Shown here: piece after piece, positions 49,001 through 61,965 of the stretch | Position numbering within the stretch: the first letter of the stretch is position 1 | Layout: every line of letters starts with the position of its first letter | Assembly: GCA_030390025.1 (NCBI GenBank) | Contig: CM059431.1 | Coordinates: forward strand, 145,330,001 to 145,394,000 | Source: Squalus acanthias | Lineage: Eukaryota | Direction of reading: 5' to 3' | DNA length: 64,000 nucleotides | Translations under genes and position numbers: made by a program | Notes under the pieces: model-generated | What the model was told of the DNA's origin: nothing | The model's input: only the letters and a program-made list of their open reading frames with translations | The model's database searches: none

Positions 49001-52000
49001 GAGTGGTGTGTGGCCCGTGTCCAGGATGAACGAGTGGTGTGAGGCTCGTGTCCAGGATGAACGAGTGGTGTGAGGTGTTTGTCCAGGCTGAGCGAGTGGT
49101 GTGTGGCCCGTGTCCATGATGAACGAGTGGTGTGAGGCACCTGTCCAGGATGAGAGAGTGGTGTGAGGCATGTGTCCAGGATGAACGAGTGGTGTGAGAT
49201 ATGTGTCCAGGATGAAGAAGTGGTGTGAGGTGTGTGTGCAGGATGAGCGACTGTTGTGAGGCACCTGTCCAGGATGAACGAGTGGTGTGAGGCGTGTGTC
49301 CAGGATGAACGACTGGTTTGAGTTGTGTGTCCAGGATGAACGAGTGGTGTGAGGCGCGTGTCCAGAATGAACGAGTTGTGTGAGGCGCGTGTCCAGTATG
49401 AACGAGTGGTGTGAGGCGCGTGTCCAGGATGAGCGAGTGGTGTGAGGCGCATGTCCAGGATGAACGAGTGGTGTAAGGTTTGTGTCCAGGATAAACGAGT
49501 GGTGTGAGGCACGTGTCCAGGAAGAAGGAGTGGTGTGAGGCTCGTGTCCAGGATGTGCGAGTGGTGTGAGGCTCGTGTCCAGGATGAACGAGTGGTGTGA
49601 GGTGCGTGTCCAAGATGAACGTGCGGTGTGAGGCTCGTGTCCAGGATGAGCGAGTGTTGTGAGGCTCGTGTCCAGGATGAGCGAGTGGTGTGAGACTCAT
49701 GTCCAGGATGAACGAGTGGTGTGAGGCCCGTGTCCAGGATGAGCGACTGGTGTGAGGCTCGTGTCCAGAATGAAAGTGTGGTTTGAGGTGTGTGTCCAGG
49801 ATGAACGAGTAGTGTGCGGTGTGTGTCCAGGATGAACGAGTGGTGTGAGGCCTGTGTCGAGGATGAACGAGTGGTGTGAGGTGTTTTTCCAGGATGAACG
49901 AGTGGTGTGAGGCGCGTGTCCAGGATGAGCGAGTGGTGTGAGGCCCGTGTCCAGGATGAACGAGTGGTAAGAGGAGTGTGTCCAGGATGAACGTTGGTGT
50001 GAGGCACGTGTCCAGGATGAACGAGTGGAATGAGGTGTGTGTCCAGGATGAGCAAGTGGTGTGAGGTGCGTTTCCAGGATGAAGGAGTGTTGTGAGGCGC
50101 GTGTCCAGGATGAACGAGTGATGTGAGGCTCGTGTCCATGATGAACGACTGGTGTGAGGTGTTTTTCCAGGATGAAGGTGTGTGTCCAGGATGAACGAGT
50201 GGTGTGAGGCCTGTGTCCAGGATGAACGAGTGGTGTGAGGCTCGTGTCCAGGATGAACGAGTGGTGTGAGGTGTTTTTCCAGGATGAAGGAGTGTTGTGA
50301 GGCGCGTGTCCAGGATGAACGAGTGATGTGAGGCTCGTGTCCAGGATGAACGAGTGGTGTGAGGCCCGTGTCCAGGATGAACGAGTGGTTTGAGGCCCGT
50401 GTCCAGGATGAACGAGTGGTGTGAGGCTCGTGTCCAGGATGAACGAGTGTTGTGAGGCTTGTGTTCAGGATGTACGTGTGTTTTGAGGAGTGTGTCTTGG
50501 ATGAACGAGTGGTGTGAGATGCGTGTCCAGGATGAACGAGTGGTGTGACATGCGTGTCCAGGATGAACGAGTGGTGTGAGGCCCGTGTCCAGGATGAACG
50601 AATGGTGTGAGGCCCGGATCCAGGATGAAGGGCTGGTGTGAGTCCCGTGTCCAGGATGAACGAATGGTGTGAGACCCGTGTCCAGGATGAACGAGTGGTG
50701 TGAGGTGTGTGTCCAGGATGAACGAGTGGTGTGAGGTGCGTGTCCAAGATGAACGTGCGGTGTGAGGTGTGTGTCCAGGATGAGCGAGTGGTGTGAGGCG
50801 CGTGTCCAGGATGAACGATGGTGTGAGGTGTTAGTCCATGGATGAGGGAGTGGTGTGAGGCCAGTGTCCAGGATGAGCGAGTGGTGTGAGGCCCGTGACC
50901 AGGATGAGCGAGTGCTGTGAAGCGTGTGTCCAGGATGAGCGAGTGGTTTGAGGTGCGTGTCCAGGAAGAATGAGTGGTGTGAGGCTCGTGTCCAGGATGA
51001 GCGAGTGTTGTGAGGCTCGTGTCCAGGATGAGCGAGTGGTGTGAGACTCATGTCCAGGATGAACGAGTGGTGTGAGGCCCGTGTCCAGGATGAGCGAGTG
51101 GTGTGAGGCTCGTGTCCAGGATGAACGAGTGGTTTGAGGTGTGTGTCCAGGATGAACGAGTAGTGTGCGGTGTGTGTCCAGGATGAACGAGTGGTGTGAG
51201 GCCCGTGTCCAGGATGAACGAGTGGTGTGAGGTGTTTGTCCAGGATGAACGAGTGGTGTGAGGCGCGTGTCCAGGATGAGCAAGTGGTGTGAGGCCCGTG
51301 ACCAGGATGAACGAGTGGTAAGAGGAGTGTGTCCAGGATGAACGAGTGGTGTGAGGCACGTGTCCAGGATGAACGAGTGGAATGAGGTGTGTGTCCAGGA
51401 TGAGCAAGTGGTGTGAGGTGCGTTTCCAGGATGAAGGAGTGTTGTGAGGCCCGTGTCCATGATGAACGAGTGGTGTGAGGTGCGTGTCCAGGATGAACGA
51501 GTGTTGTGAGGCGCGTGTCCAGGATGAACGAGTGATGTGAGGCTCGTGTCCAGGATGAACGAGTGGTGTGAGGCCCGTGTCCAGGATGAACGAGTGGTGT
51601 GAGGCCCGTGTCCAGGATGAACGAGTGGTGTGAGGCTCGTGTCCAGGATGAACGAGTGTTGTGAGGCTTGTGTTCAGGATGTACGTGTGTTTTGAGGAGT
51701 GTGTCCAGGATGAACGAGTGGTGTGAGATGCGTGTCCAGGATGAACGAGTGGTGTGACATGCGTGTCCAGGATGAACGAGTGGTGTGAGTCCCGTGTCCA
51801 GGATGAACGAATGGTGTGAGGCCTGGGTCCAGGATGAAGGAGTGGTGTGAGTCCCGTGTCCAGGATGAACGAATGGTGTGAGACCCGTGTCCAGGATGAA
51901 CGAGTGGTGTGAGGTGTGTGTCCAAGATGAACGTGCGGTGTGAGGTGTGTGTCCAGGATGAGCGAGTGGTGTGAGGCGCGTGTCCAGGATGAACGATGGT

Positions 52001-55000
52001 GTGAGGTGTTAGTCCATGGATGAGGGAGTGGTGTGAGGCCAGTGTCCAGGATGAACGAGTGGTGTGAGGTCCGTGTCCAGGATGAGCGATTGGTGTGAGG
52101 TGCGTGTCCAGGATGAGCGAGTGGTGTGAGGTTTTGTGTCCAGGATGAGCGAGTGGTGTGAGGCGCCTGTCCAGGAAGAACGAGTGGTGTGAGGCGTGTG
52201 TCCAGGATGGACGAGTGGTGTGAGGCGCGTGTCCAGGATGAAGGAGTGGTGTGAAACTCGTGTCCAGGATGAGCGAGTGGTGTGAGGCCCGTGTCCAGGA
52301 TAAGCGAGTGGTGTGAGGCTCGTGTCCAGCATGAACGAGTGGTTTGAGGTGTGTGTCCAGGAAGAATGAGTGGTGTGCGGTGTGTGTCCAGGATGAACGA
52401 GTGGTGTGATGCCCGTGTCCAGGATAAACGAGTGGTGTGAGGTGCTTGTCCATGATGAACGAGTGGTGTGAGATGCGTGTCTAGGATGAACGAGTGATGT
52501 GAGGCTCGTGTCCAGGATGAACGAGTGGTGTGAGGCCCGTGTCCAGGATGAACGAGTGGTGTGAGGCCCGTGTCCAGGATGAACGAGTGGTGTGAGGCTC
52601 GTGTCCAGGATGAACGAGTGTTGTGAGGCTTGTGTTCAGGATGTACGTGTGTTTTGAGGAGTGTGTCCAGGATGAACGAGTGGTGTGAGATGCGTGTCCA
52701 GGATGAACGAGTGGTGTGACATGCGTGTCCAGGATGAACGAGTGGTGTGAGTCCCGTGTCCAGGATGAACGAATGGTGTGAGGCCCGGGTCCAGGATGAA
52801 GGAGTGGTGTGAGTCCCGTGTCCAGGATGAACGAATGGTGTGAGACCCGTGTCCAGGATGAACGAGTGGTGTGAGGTGTGTGTCCAGGATGAACGAGTGG
52901 TGTGAGGTGCGTGTCCAAGATGAACGTGCGGTGTGAGGTGTGTGTCCAGGATGAGCGAGTGGTGTGAGGCGCGTGTCCAGGATGAACGATGGTGTGAGGT
53001 GTTAGTCCATGGATGAGGGAGTGGTGTGAGGCCAGTGTCCAGGATGAACGAGTGGTGTGAGGTCCGTGTCCAGGATGAGCGATTGGTGTGAGGTGCGTGT
53101 CCAGGATGAGCGAGTGGTGTGAGGTTTTGTGTCCAGGATGAGCGAGTGGTGTGAGGCGCCTGTCCAGGAAGAACGAGTGGTGTGAGGCGCTTGTCCAGGA
53201 TGAAGGAGTGGTGTGAAACTCGTGTCCAGGATGAGCGAGTGGTGTGAGGCCCGTGTCTAGGATAAGCGAGTGGTGTGAGGCTCGTGTCCAGCATGAACGA
53301 GTGGTTTGAGGTGTGTGTCCAGGATGAATGAGTGATGTGCGGTGTGTGTCCAGGATGAACGAGTGGTGTGATGCCCGTGTCCAGGATAAACGAGTGGTGT
53401 GAGGTGCTTGTCCATGATGAACGAGTGGTGTGAGATGCGTGTCTAGGATGAACGAGTGGTGTGAGGCGCGTGTCCAGGATGAGCGAGTGGAGTGAGGCCC
53501 ATGTCCAGGATGAACAAGTGGTGTGAGGTTTGTGTCCAGGATGAGCAAGTGGCGTGAGGCCCGTGTCCAGGATGAAAGAGTGGTGTGAGGCCCGTGTCCA
53601 GGATGAGCAAGTGGTGTGAGGCGCGTGTCCAGGATGAGCAAGTTGTGTGAGGTGTGTGTCCAGGATTAACGAGTGGTGTGAGGTGCGTGTCCAGGATGAG
53701 CGAGTGGTGTGAGGCGTTTGTCCAGGATGAACGAATGGTGTGAGGTGTGTGTCCAGGATGAACGAGTGGTGTGAGGTGTGTGTCCAGGATGAACGAGTGG
53801 TGTGAGGTGTGTGTCCAGAATGAAGGAGTGGTGTGAGGCTCGTGTCCAGGATGAGCGAGTGGTGTGAGGTCCGTGTCCAGGATAAGCGAGTGTTGTGAGG
53901 CCCGTGTCCAGGATGAACGAGTGGTGTGAGGTGCGTGTCCAGGATGAGCGACTGGTGTGAGGTTCGTGTCCAGGATGAGGGAGTGGTGTGAGGTGCGTGT
54001 CCAGGATGAGCGAGTGGTGTGAGGCGCGTGTCCAGGATGAACGAGTGGTGTGAAGCGCCTGTCCAGGATGAGCGAGTGGTGTGAGGCGCGTGTCCAGGAT
54101 GAGCAAGTTGTGTGAGGTGTGTGTCCAGGATTAACGAGTGGTGTGAGGTGCGTGTCCAGGATGAGCGAGTGGTGTGAGGCGTTTGTCCAGGATGAACGAA
54201 TGGTGTGAGGTGTGTGTCCAGGATGAACGAGTGGTGTGAGGTGTGTGTCCAGGATGAACGAGTGGTGTGAGGTGTGTGTCCAGGATGAAGGAGTGGTGTG
54301 AGGCTCGTGTCCAGGATGAGCGAGTGGTGTGAGGCCCGTGTCCAGGATAAGCGAGTGGTGTGAGGCCCGTGTCCAGGATGAACGAGTGGTGTGAGGTGCG
54401 TGTCCAGGATGAACGAGTGTTGTGAGTCTCGTGTTCAGGATGAACGAGTGGTGTCACATGCGTGTCCAGGATGAACGAGTGGTGTGAGGCCCGTGTCCAG
54501 GATGAACGAATGGTGTGAGACCCGTGTCCAGGATGAACGAGTGGTGTGAGGTGTGTGTCCAGGATAAACGAGTGGTGTAAGGTGCTTGTCCAAGATGGAC
54601 GTGTGGTGTGAGGTGTGTGTCCAGGTTGAGAGAGTGGTGTAAGGCGCGTGTCAAGGATGAACGAGTGATGTGAGGCGCCTGTCCAGGATGAACGACTGGT
54701 GTGAGGCTTGTGTCCTGGATGAACGAGTGGTGTGAGGTGTTAGTCCATGGATGAGGGAGTGGTGTGAGGCCAGTGTCCCGGATGAACGAGTGGTGTGAGG
54801 TCCGTGTACAAGATGAGCGATTGGTGTGAGGTGCGTGTCCAGGATGAGAGAGTGGTGTGAGGTTTTGTGTCCAGGATGAGCGAGTGGTGTGAGGCGCCTG
54901 TCCAGGAAGAATGAATGGTGTGAGGCGTGTGTCCAGGATGGACGAGTGGTGTGAGGCGCGTGTCCAGGATGAAGGAGTGATGTGAAGCTCGTGTCCAGGA

Positions 55001-58000
55001 TGAGCGAGTGGTGTGAGGCCCGTGTCCAGGACAAGCGAGTGGTGTGAGGCTCGTGTCCAGCATGAACGAGTGGTGTGAGATGCGTGTCCAGGATGAACGA
55101 CTGTTGTGAGGCGCGTGTCCAGTATGAGCGAGTGGAGTGAGGCCCGTGTCCAGGATGAACGAGTGGTGTGAGGTTTGTGTCCAGGATGAACGAGTGTTCT
55201 GAGGTGAGTGTCCAGGATGAAGGAGTGGTGTGAGGCGCGTGTCCAGGCTGAAAGAGTGGTGTGAGGCCCGTGTCCAGGATGAGCAAGTGGTGTGAGGCGC
55301 GTGTCCAGGATGAGCGACTGGTGTGAGGTTCGTGTACAGGATGAGGGACTGGTGTGAGGCGCGTGTCCAGGATGAGCGAGTGGTGTGAGGCGTTAGTCCA
55401 TGGATGAGGGAGTGGTGTGAGGCCAGTGTCCAGGATGAACGAGTGGTGTGAGGTCCGTGTACAAGATGAGCGATTGGTGTGAGGTGCGTGTCCAGGATGA
55501 GAGAGTGGTGTGAGGTTTTGTGTCCAGGATGAGCGAGTGGTGTGAGGCGCCTGTCCAGGAAGAATGAATGGTGTGAGGCGTGTGTCCAGGATGGACGAGT
55601 GGTGTGAGGCGCGTGTCCAGGATGAAGGAGTGATGTGAAGCTCGTGTCCAGGATGAGCGAGTGGTGTGAGGCCCGTGTCCAGGACAAGCGAGTGGTGTGA
55701 GGCTCGTGTCCAGCATGAACGAGTGGTGTGAGATGCGTGTCCAGGATGAACGACTGGTGTGAGGCGCGTGTCCAGTATGAGCGAGTGGAGTGAGGCCCGT
55801 GTCCAGGATGAACGAGTGGTGTGAGGTTTGTGTCCAGGATGAACGAGTGTTGTGAGGTGAGTGTCCAGGATGAAGGAGTGGTGTGAGGCGCGTGTCCAGG
55901 CTGAAAGAGTGGTGTGAGGCCCGTGTCCAGGATGAGCAAGTGGTGTGAGGCGCGTGTCCAGGATGAGCGACTGGTGTGAGGTTCGTGTACAGGATGAGGG
56001 ACTGGTGTGAGGCGCGTGTCCAGGATGAGCGAGTGGTGTGAGGCGCGTGTCCAGGATGAACAAGTGGTGTGAAGCGCCTGTCCAGGATGAGCGATTGGTG
56101 TGAGGCGCGTGTCCAGGATGAGCAAGTTGTGTGAGGTGTGTGTCCAGGATGAACGAGTGGTGTGAGGTGCGTGTCCGTGATGAGCGAGTGGTGTGAGGCG
56201 TTTGTCCAGGATGAACGAATCGTGTGAGGTGTGTGTCCAGGATGAACGAGTGGTGTGAGGCGTGTGTCCAGGATGAACGAGTGGTGTGAGGTGTGTGTCC
56301 AGGATGAAGGAGTGGTGTGAGGCTCGTGTCCAGGATGAGCGAGTGGTGTGAGGCCCGTGTCCAGGTTAATCGAGTGGTGTGAGGCTCGTGTCCAGCATGA
56401 ACGTGTGGTTTGAGGTGTGTGTCCAGGATGAACGAGTGGTGTGCGGTGTGTGTCCAGGCTGAAAAGAGTGGTGTGAGTCCCGTGTCCAGGATAAACGAGT
56501 GGTGTGAGGTGCTTGTCCATGATGAACGAGTGGTGTGAGATGCGTGTCCAGGATGAACGAGTGGTGTGAGGCGCGTGTCCAGGATGAGCGAGTGGAGTGA
56601 GGCCCGTGTCCAGGATGAACGAATGGTGTGAGGTTTGTGTCCAGGATGAACGCGTGTTGTGAGGTGTGTGTCCAGGATGAAGGAGTGGTGTGAGGCGCGT
56701 GTCCAGGATGAACGAGTGGTGTGAGGCCCGTGTCCAGGATGAACGAGTGGTGTGAGGCCCGTGTCCAAGGATGAGCAAGTGGTGTGAGGCGCATGTCCAG
56801 GATGAGCGACTGGTGTGAGGTTCGTGTCCAGGATGAGGGAGTGGTGTGAGGGGCGTGTCCAGGATGAGCGAGTGGTGTGAGGCGCGTGTCCAGGATCAAC
56901 GAGTGGTGTGAGGCGCCTGTCCAGGATGAGCGAGTGGTGTGAGTCGCGTGTCCAGGATGAGCAAGTTGTGTGAGGTGTGTGTCCAGGATGAACGAGTGGT
57001 GTGAGGCCCGTGTCCAGGATGAGCGAGTGGTGTGAGGCGTTTGTCCAGGTTGAACGAGTCGTGTGAGGTGTGTGTCCAGGATGAACGAGTGGTGTGAGGT
57101 GTGTGTCCAGGATGAAGGAGTGGTATGAGGTGTGTGTCCAGGATGAAGGAGTGGTGTGAGGCTCGTGTCCAGGATGAGCGAGTGGTGTGAGGCGCGTGTC
57201 CAAGATGAACGAGTGGTGTGAGGTGTGTGTCCAGGATGAGCGAGTGTTGTGAGGTGTGTGTCCAGGATGAAGGAGTGGTGTGAGGCCCGTGTCCAGGATG
57301 AACGAGTGGTTTATTGCGCGTGTCCAGAATGAACGAGTGGTGTGAGGTGTGTGTCCAGGATGAAGGAGTGGTCTGTGCTACTTGTCCAGGATGAACGAGT
57401 GGTGTGAAGTGTGTGTCCAGGATGAACGAATGGTGTGAGGTGCTTGTCCAGGATGAACGAGTGGTGTGAGGCCCGTGTCCAGGATGAACGAGTGGTGTGA
57501 GGCTCGTGTCCAGGATGAGCGAGTGGTGTGAGGCTCGTGTCCAGGATCAGCGAGTGGTGTGAGGCGCGTGTCCAGGATGAACGAGTGGTTTGAGGTGTGT
57601 GTCCAGGATGAACGATTGGTGTGAGGTGTGTGTCCAGGATGAGCGAGTGGTGTGAGTCACGTGTCCAGGATGAGCAAATGGTGTGAGGCGCCTCTCCAGG
57701 ATGAACGAGTGGTGTGAGGCGCGTGTCCAGGATGAACGAGTGGTTTGAGGTGTGTGTCCAGGATGAACGATTGGTGTGAGGTGTGTGTCCAGGATGAACG
57801 ATTGGTGTGAGGTGTGTGTCCAGGATGAACGAGTGGTTTGAGGTGTGTGTCCAGGATGAACGATTGGTGTGAGGTGTGTGTCCAGGATGAACGATTGGTG
57901 TGAGGTGTGTGTCCAGGATGAACGAGTGGTTTGAGGTGTGTGTCCAGGATGAGCAAGTGGTGTGAGGTGCGTTTCCAGGATGAAGGAGTGTTGTGAGGCC

Positions 58001-61000
58001 CGTGTCCATGATGAACGAGTGGTGTGAGGTGCGTGTCCAGGATGAACGAGTGTTGTGAGGCGCGTGTCCAGGATGAACGAGTGATGTGAGGCTCGTGTCC
58101 AGGATGAACGAGTGGTGTGAGGCCCGTGTCCCGGATGAGCGAGTGGTGTGAGGCTCGTGTCCAGGATGAACGAGTGGTTTGAGGTGTGTGTCCAGGATGA
58201 ACGAGTGGTGTGCGGTGTGTGTCCAGGATGAACGAGTGGTGTGAGGCCCGTGTCCAGGATGAACGAGTGTTGTGAGGCGTGTGTCCAGGATGAACGAGTG
58301 GTGTGAGGTGCTTGTCCAGGATGAACGAGTGGTGTGAGGCCCGTGTCCAGGATGAACGAGTGGTGTGAGGCTCGTGTCCAGGATGAGCGAGTGGTGTGAG
58401 GCTCGTGTCCAGGATCAGCGAGTGGTGTGAGGCGCGTGTCCAGGATGAACGAGTGGTTTGAGGTGTGTGTCCAGGATGAACGATTGGTGTGAGGTGTGTG
58501 TCCAGGATGAGCGAGTGGTGTGAGTCACGTGTCCAGGATGAGCAAATGGTGTGAGGCGCCTCTCCAGGATGAACGAGTGGTGTGAGGCGCGTGTCCAGGA
58601 TGAACGAGTGGTTTGAGGTGTGTGTCCAGGATGAACGATTGGTGTGAGGTGTGTGTCCAGGATGAACGATTGGTGTGAGGTGTGTGTCCAGGATGAACGA
58701 GTGGTTTGAGGTGTGTGTCCAGGATGAACGATTGGTGTGAGGTGTGTGTCCAGGATGAACGATTGGTGTGAGGTGTGTGTCCAGGATGAACGAGTGGTTT
58801 GAGGTGTGTGTCCAGGATGAGCAAGTGGTGTGAGGTGCGTTTCCAGGATGAAGGAGTGTTGTGAGGCCCGTGTCCATGATGAACGAGTGGTGTGAGGTGC
58901 GTGTCCAGGATGAACGAGTGTTGTGAGGCGCGTGTCCAGGATGAACGAGTGATGTGAGGCTCGTGTCCAGGATGAACGAGTGGTGTGAGGCCCGTGTCCC
59001 GGATGAGCGAGTGGTGTGAGGCTCGTGTCCAGGATGAACGAGTGGTTTGAGGTGTGTGTCCAGGATGAACGAGTGGTGTGCGGTGTGTGTCCAGGATGAA
59101 CGAGTGGTGTGAGGCCCGTGTCCAGGATGAACGAGTGTTGTGAGGCGTGTGTCCAGGATGAACGAGTGGTGTGAGGCACCTGTCCAGGATGAACGAGTGG
59201 TGTGCGGTGTGTGTCCAGGATGAACGAGTGGTGTGAGGCCCGTGTCCAGGATGAACGAGTGGAGTGAGGCCCATGTCCAGAATGAACGAGTGGTGTGAGG
59301 TGTGTGTCCAGGATGAGCGAGTGGTGTGAGGTGTGTGTCCAGGATGAACGATTGGTGTGAGGTGTGTGTCCAGGATGAGCGAGTGGTGTGAGTCACGTGT
59401 CCAGGATGAGCAAATGGTGTGAGGCGCCTCTCCAGGATGAACGAGTGGTGTGAGGCGCGTGTCCAGGATGAGCAAGTGGTGTGAGGCGCGTGTCCAGGAT
59501 GAACGAGTGGTGTGAGGCCCGTGTCCAGGATGAACGAGTGGAGTGAGGCCCATGTCCAGAATGAACGAGTGGTGTGAGGTGTGTGTCCAGGATGAACGAG
59601 TGGTTTGAGGTGTGTGTCCAGGATGAACGATTGGTGTGAGGTGTGTGTCCAGGATGAGCGAGTGGTGTGAGTCACGTGTCCAGGATGAGCAAATGGTGTG
59701 AGGCGCCTCTCCAGGATGAACGAGTGGTGTGAGGCGCGTGTCCAGGATGAGCAAGTGGTGTGAGGCGCGTGTCCAGGATGAACGAGTGGTTTGAGGTGTG
59801 TGTCCAGGATGAACGATTGGTGTGAGGTGTGTGTCCAGGATGAACAATTGGTGTGAGGTGTGTGTCCAGGATGAACGAGTGGTTTGAGGTGTGTGTCCAG
59901 GATGAACGATTGTTGTGAGGTGTGTGTCCAGGATGAACGAGTGGTGTGAGGCCCGTGTCCCGGATGAGCGAGTGGTGTGAGGCTCGTGTCCAGGATGAAC
60001 GAGTGGTTTGAGGTGTGTGTCCAGGATGAACGAGTGGTGTGCGGTGTGTGTCCAGGATGAACGAGTGGTGTGAGGCCCGTGTCCAGGATGAACGAGTGTT
60101 GTGAGGCGTGTGTCCAGGATGAACGAGTGGTGTGAGGCACCTGTCCAGGATGAACGAGTGGTGTGCGGTGTGTGTCCAGGATGAACGAGTGGTGTGAGGC
60201 CCGTGTCCAGGATGAACGAGTGGAGTGAGGCCCATGTCCAGAATGAACGAGTGGTGTGAGGTGTGTGTCCAGGATGAGCGAGTGGTGTGAGGTGTGTGTC
60301 CAGGATGAACGATTGGTGTGAGGTGTGTGTCCAGGATGAGCGAGTGGTGTGAGTCACGTGTCCAGGATGAGCAAATGGTGTGAGGCGCCTCTCCAGGATG
60401 AACGAGTGGTGTGAGGCGCGTGTCCAGGATGAGCAAGTGGTGTGAGGCGCGTGTCCAGGATGAACGAGTGGTGTGAGGCCCGTGTCCAGGATGAACGAGT
60501 GGAGTGAGGCCCATGTCCAGAATGAACGAGTGGTGTGAGGTGTGTGTCCAGGATGAACGAGTGGTTTGAGGTGTGTGTCCAGGATGAACGATTGGTGTGA
60601 GGTGTGTGTCCAGGATGAGCGAGTGGTGTGAGTCACGTGTCCAGGATGAGCAAATGGTGTGAGGCGCCTCTCCAGGATGAACGAGTGGTGTGAGGCGCGT
60701 GTCCAGGATGAGCAAGTGGTGTGAGGCGCGTGTCCAGGATGAACGAGTGGTTTGAGGTGTGTGTCCAGGATGAACGATTGGTGTGAGGTGTGTGTCCAGG
60801 ATGAACAATTGGTGTGAGGTGTGTGTCCAGGATGAACGAGTGGTTTGAGGTGTGTGTCCAGGATGAACGATTGTTGTGAGGTGTGTGTCCAGGATGAACG
60901 AGTGGTGTGAGGTGTGTGTCCAGGATGAACGATTGGTGTGAGGTTTGTGTCCAGGATGAGCGAGTACTGTGAGGCGCGTGTCCAGGATGAACGAGTGGTT

Positions 61001-61263
61001 TGAGGTGTGTGTCCAGGATGAACGATTGGTGTGAGGTGTGTGTCCAGGATGAACGAGTGGTGTGAGTCACGTGTCCAGGATGAACGAGTGGTTTGAGGCG
61101 TGTGTCCAGGATGAACGAATGGTGTGAGGCACCTGTCCAGGATGAACGAGTGGTGTGTGGCCCGTGTCCAGGATGAACGAGTGGTGTGAGGCGTGTGTCC
61201 AGGATGAACGAGTGGTGTGAGGCCCGTGTCCAGGATGAACGAGTGGTGTGATGCGCCTGTCCA
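22071..61263. repeat. 31-bp satellite array, ~1260 units, with higher-order repeats
   Basis: Consensus GTGTCCAGGATGARCGAGTGGTGTGAGGYNY, uninterrupted for ~39.2 kb in a single orientation. Confidence 0.99.
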
Positions 61264-61393
61264 CTTTCTATCTAAACAACACTGATGTTCGAGCAGACAA
61301 CTTCTCTGGAATAAGACCTGCTTCTAAACGTTCAACGAAGAAATGTGCATGAGAGTGCTGAATTCCTCTTTCTGTGTGGCCGATAAAACGCCG

Positions 61394-61468
61394 ATTACCG
61401 TAATGTGTCGTCGATCATCTTTACTTCACGCGCGCGACATATCCGTTGTTCGAACCCAGTCCGGAACA
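61394..61468 (+). tRNA. tRNA-Val(CAC) pseudogene
   Basis: attaccgtaatgtgtcgtcgatcatctttacttcacgcgcgcg..tcc...gttcgaacccagtccggaaca aligns end to end with tRNA-Val(CAC); B box GTTCGAACC intact. Confidence 0.7.
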
Positions 61469-61653
61469 GTATATCAGCGAATATTTTTTACTGACAGACA
61501 AGCGGTGCTGTTCAGTTTAATAAAAGTTGCACCGATACCTGGTGTCATAAGCAATGAACATTTTAAACCGGATTCCTATACCAGATTCCATTCTGCAAAC
61601 GTCCAATTAATTAATGTTGAGTAAAAGGCTCCTAAAATGCATTTTGTGGAGGA

Positions 61654-61697
61654 GCAGCGGAGAGAGCGCCGAATCCTCACCACTGGACGACCAGGGA
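61654..61697 (-). tRNA. tRNA-Glu(CTC) pseudogene, 5' 44 nt
   Basis: gcagcggagagagcgccgaatcctcaccactggacgaccaggga, about 39/44 by hand to the reverse complement of tRNA-Glu(CTC). Confidence 0.85.
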
Positions 61698-61965
61698 AGG
61701 TTGAATTAAAACGTTGCGATAATTTTAATTATAATTGGGTCTATCCGTTTTGGATACAAATTATTTTTTTACTTGTTTTACACGTAAATGCATTTCATAA
61801 CTCCGCTGCTTATAAATGTGTTTACATGTATCTGTGATATTTATTTATTTATTGGGGCATCTTTCTTCATTCCAAATGTACTTTTTAAGTATTTATTTCT
61901 CAGTATAGTAATTTTAAATTACAGGCAAATATATTTATATATAACACAGACCCACAAAAGACAAT

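Noticed and set aside
22071..61263. CRISPR-like array (constant ~25 nt plus short variable block)
   Set aside because: Variable parts are only 4-6 nt drawn from a few recurring variants, with no unique spacers and no cas genes, in a vertebrate context.
22006..61264. Giant His-rich proteins on the minus strand
   Set aside because: All three frames give the same peptide, a direct result of a stop-free 31-bp monomer; no splice, start or domain evidence.
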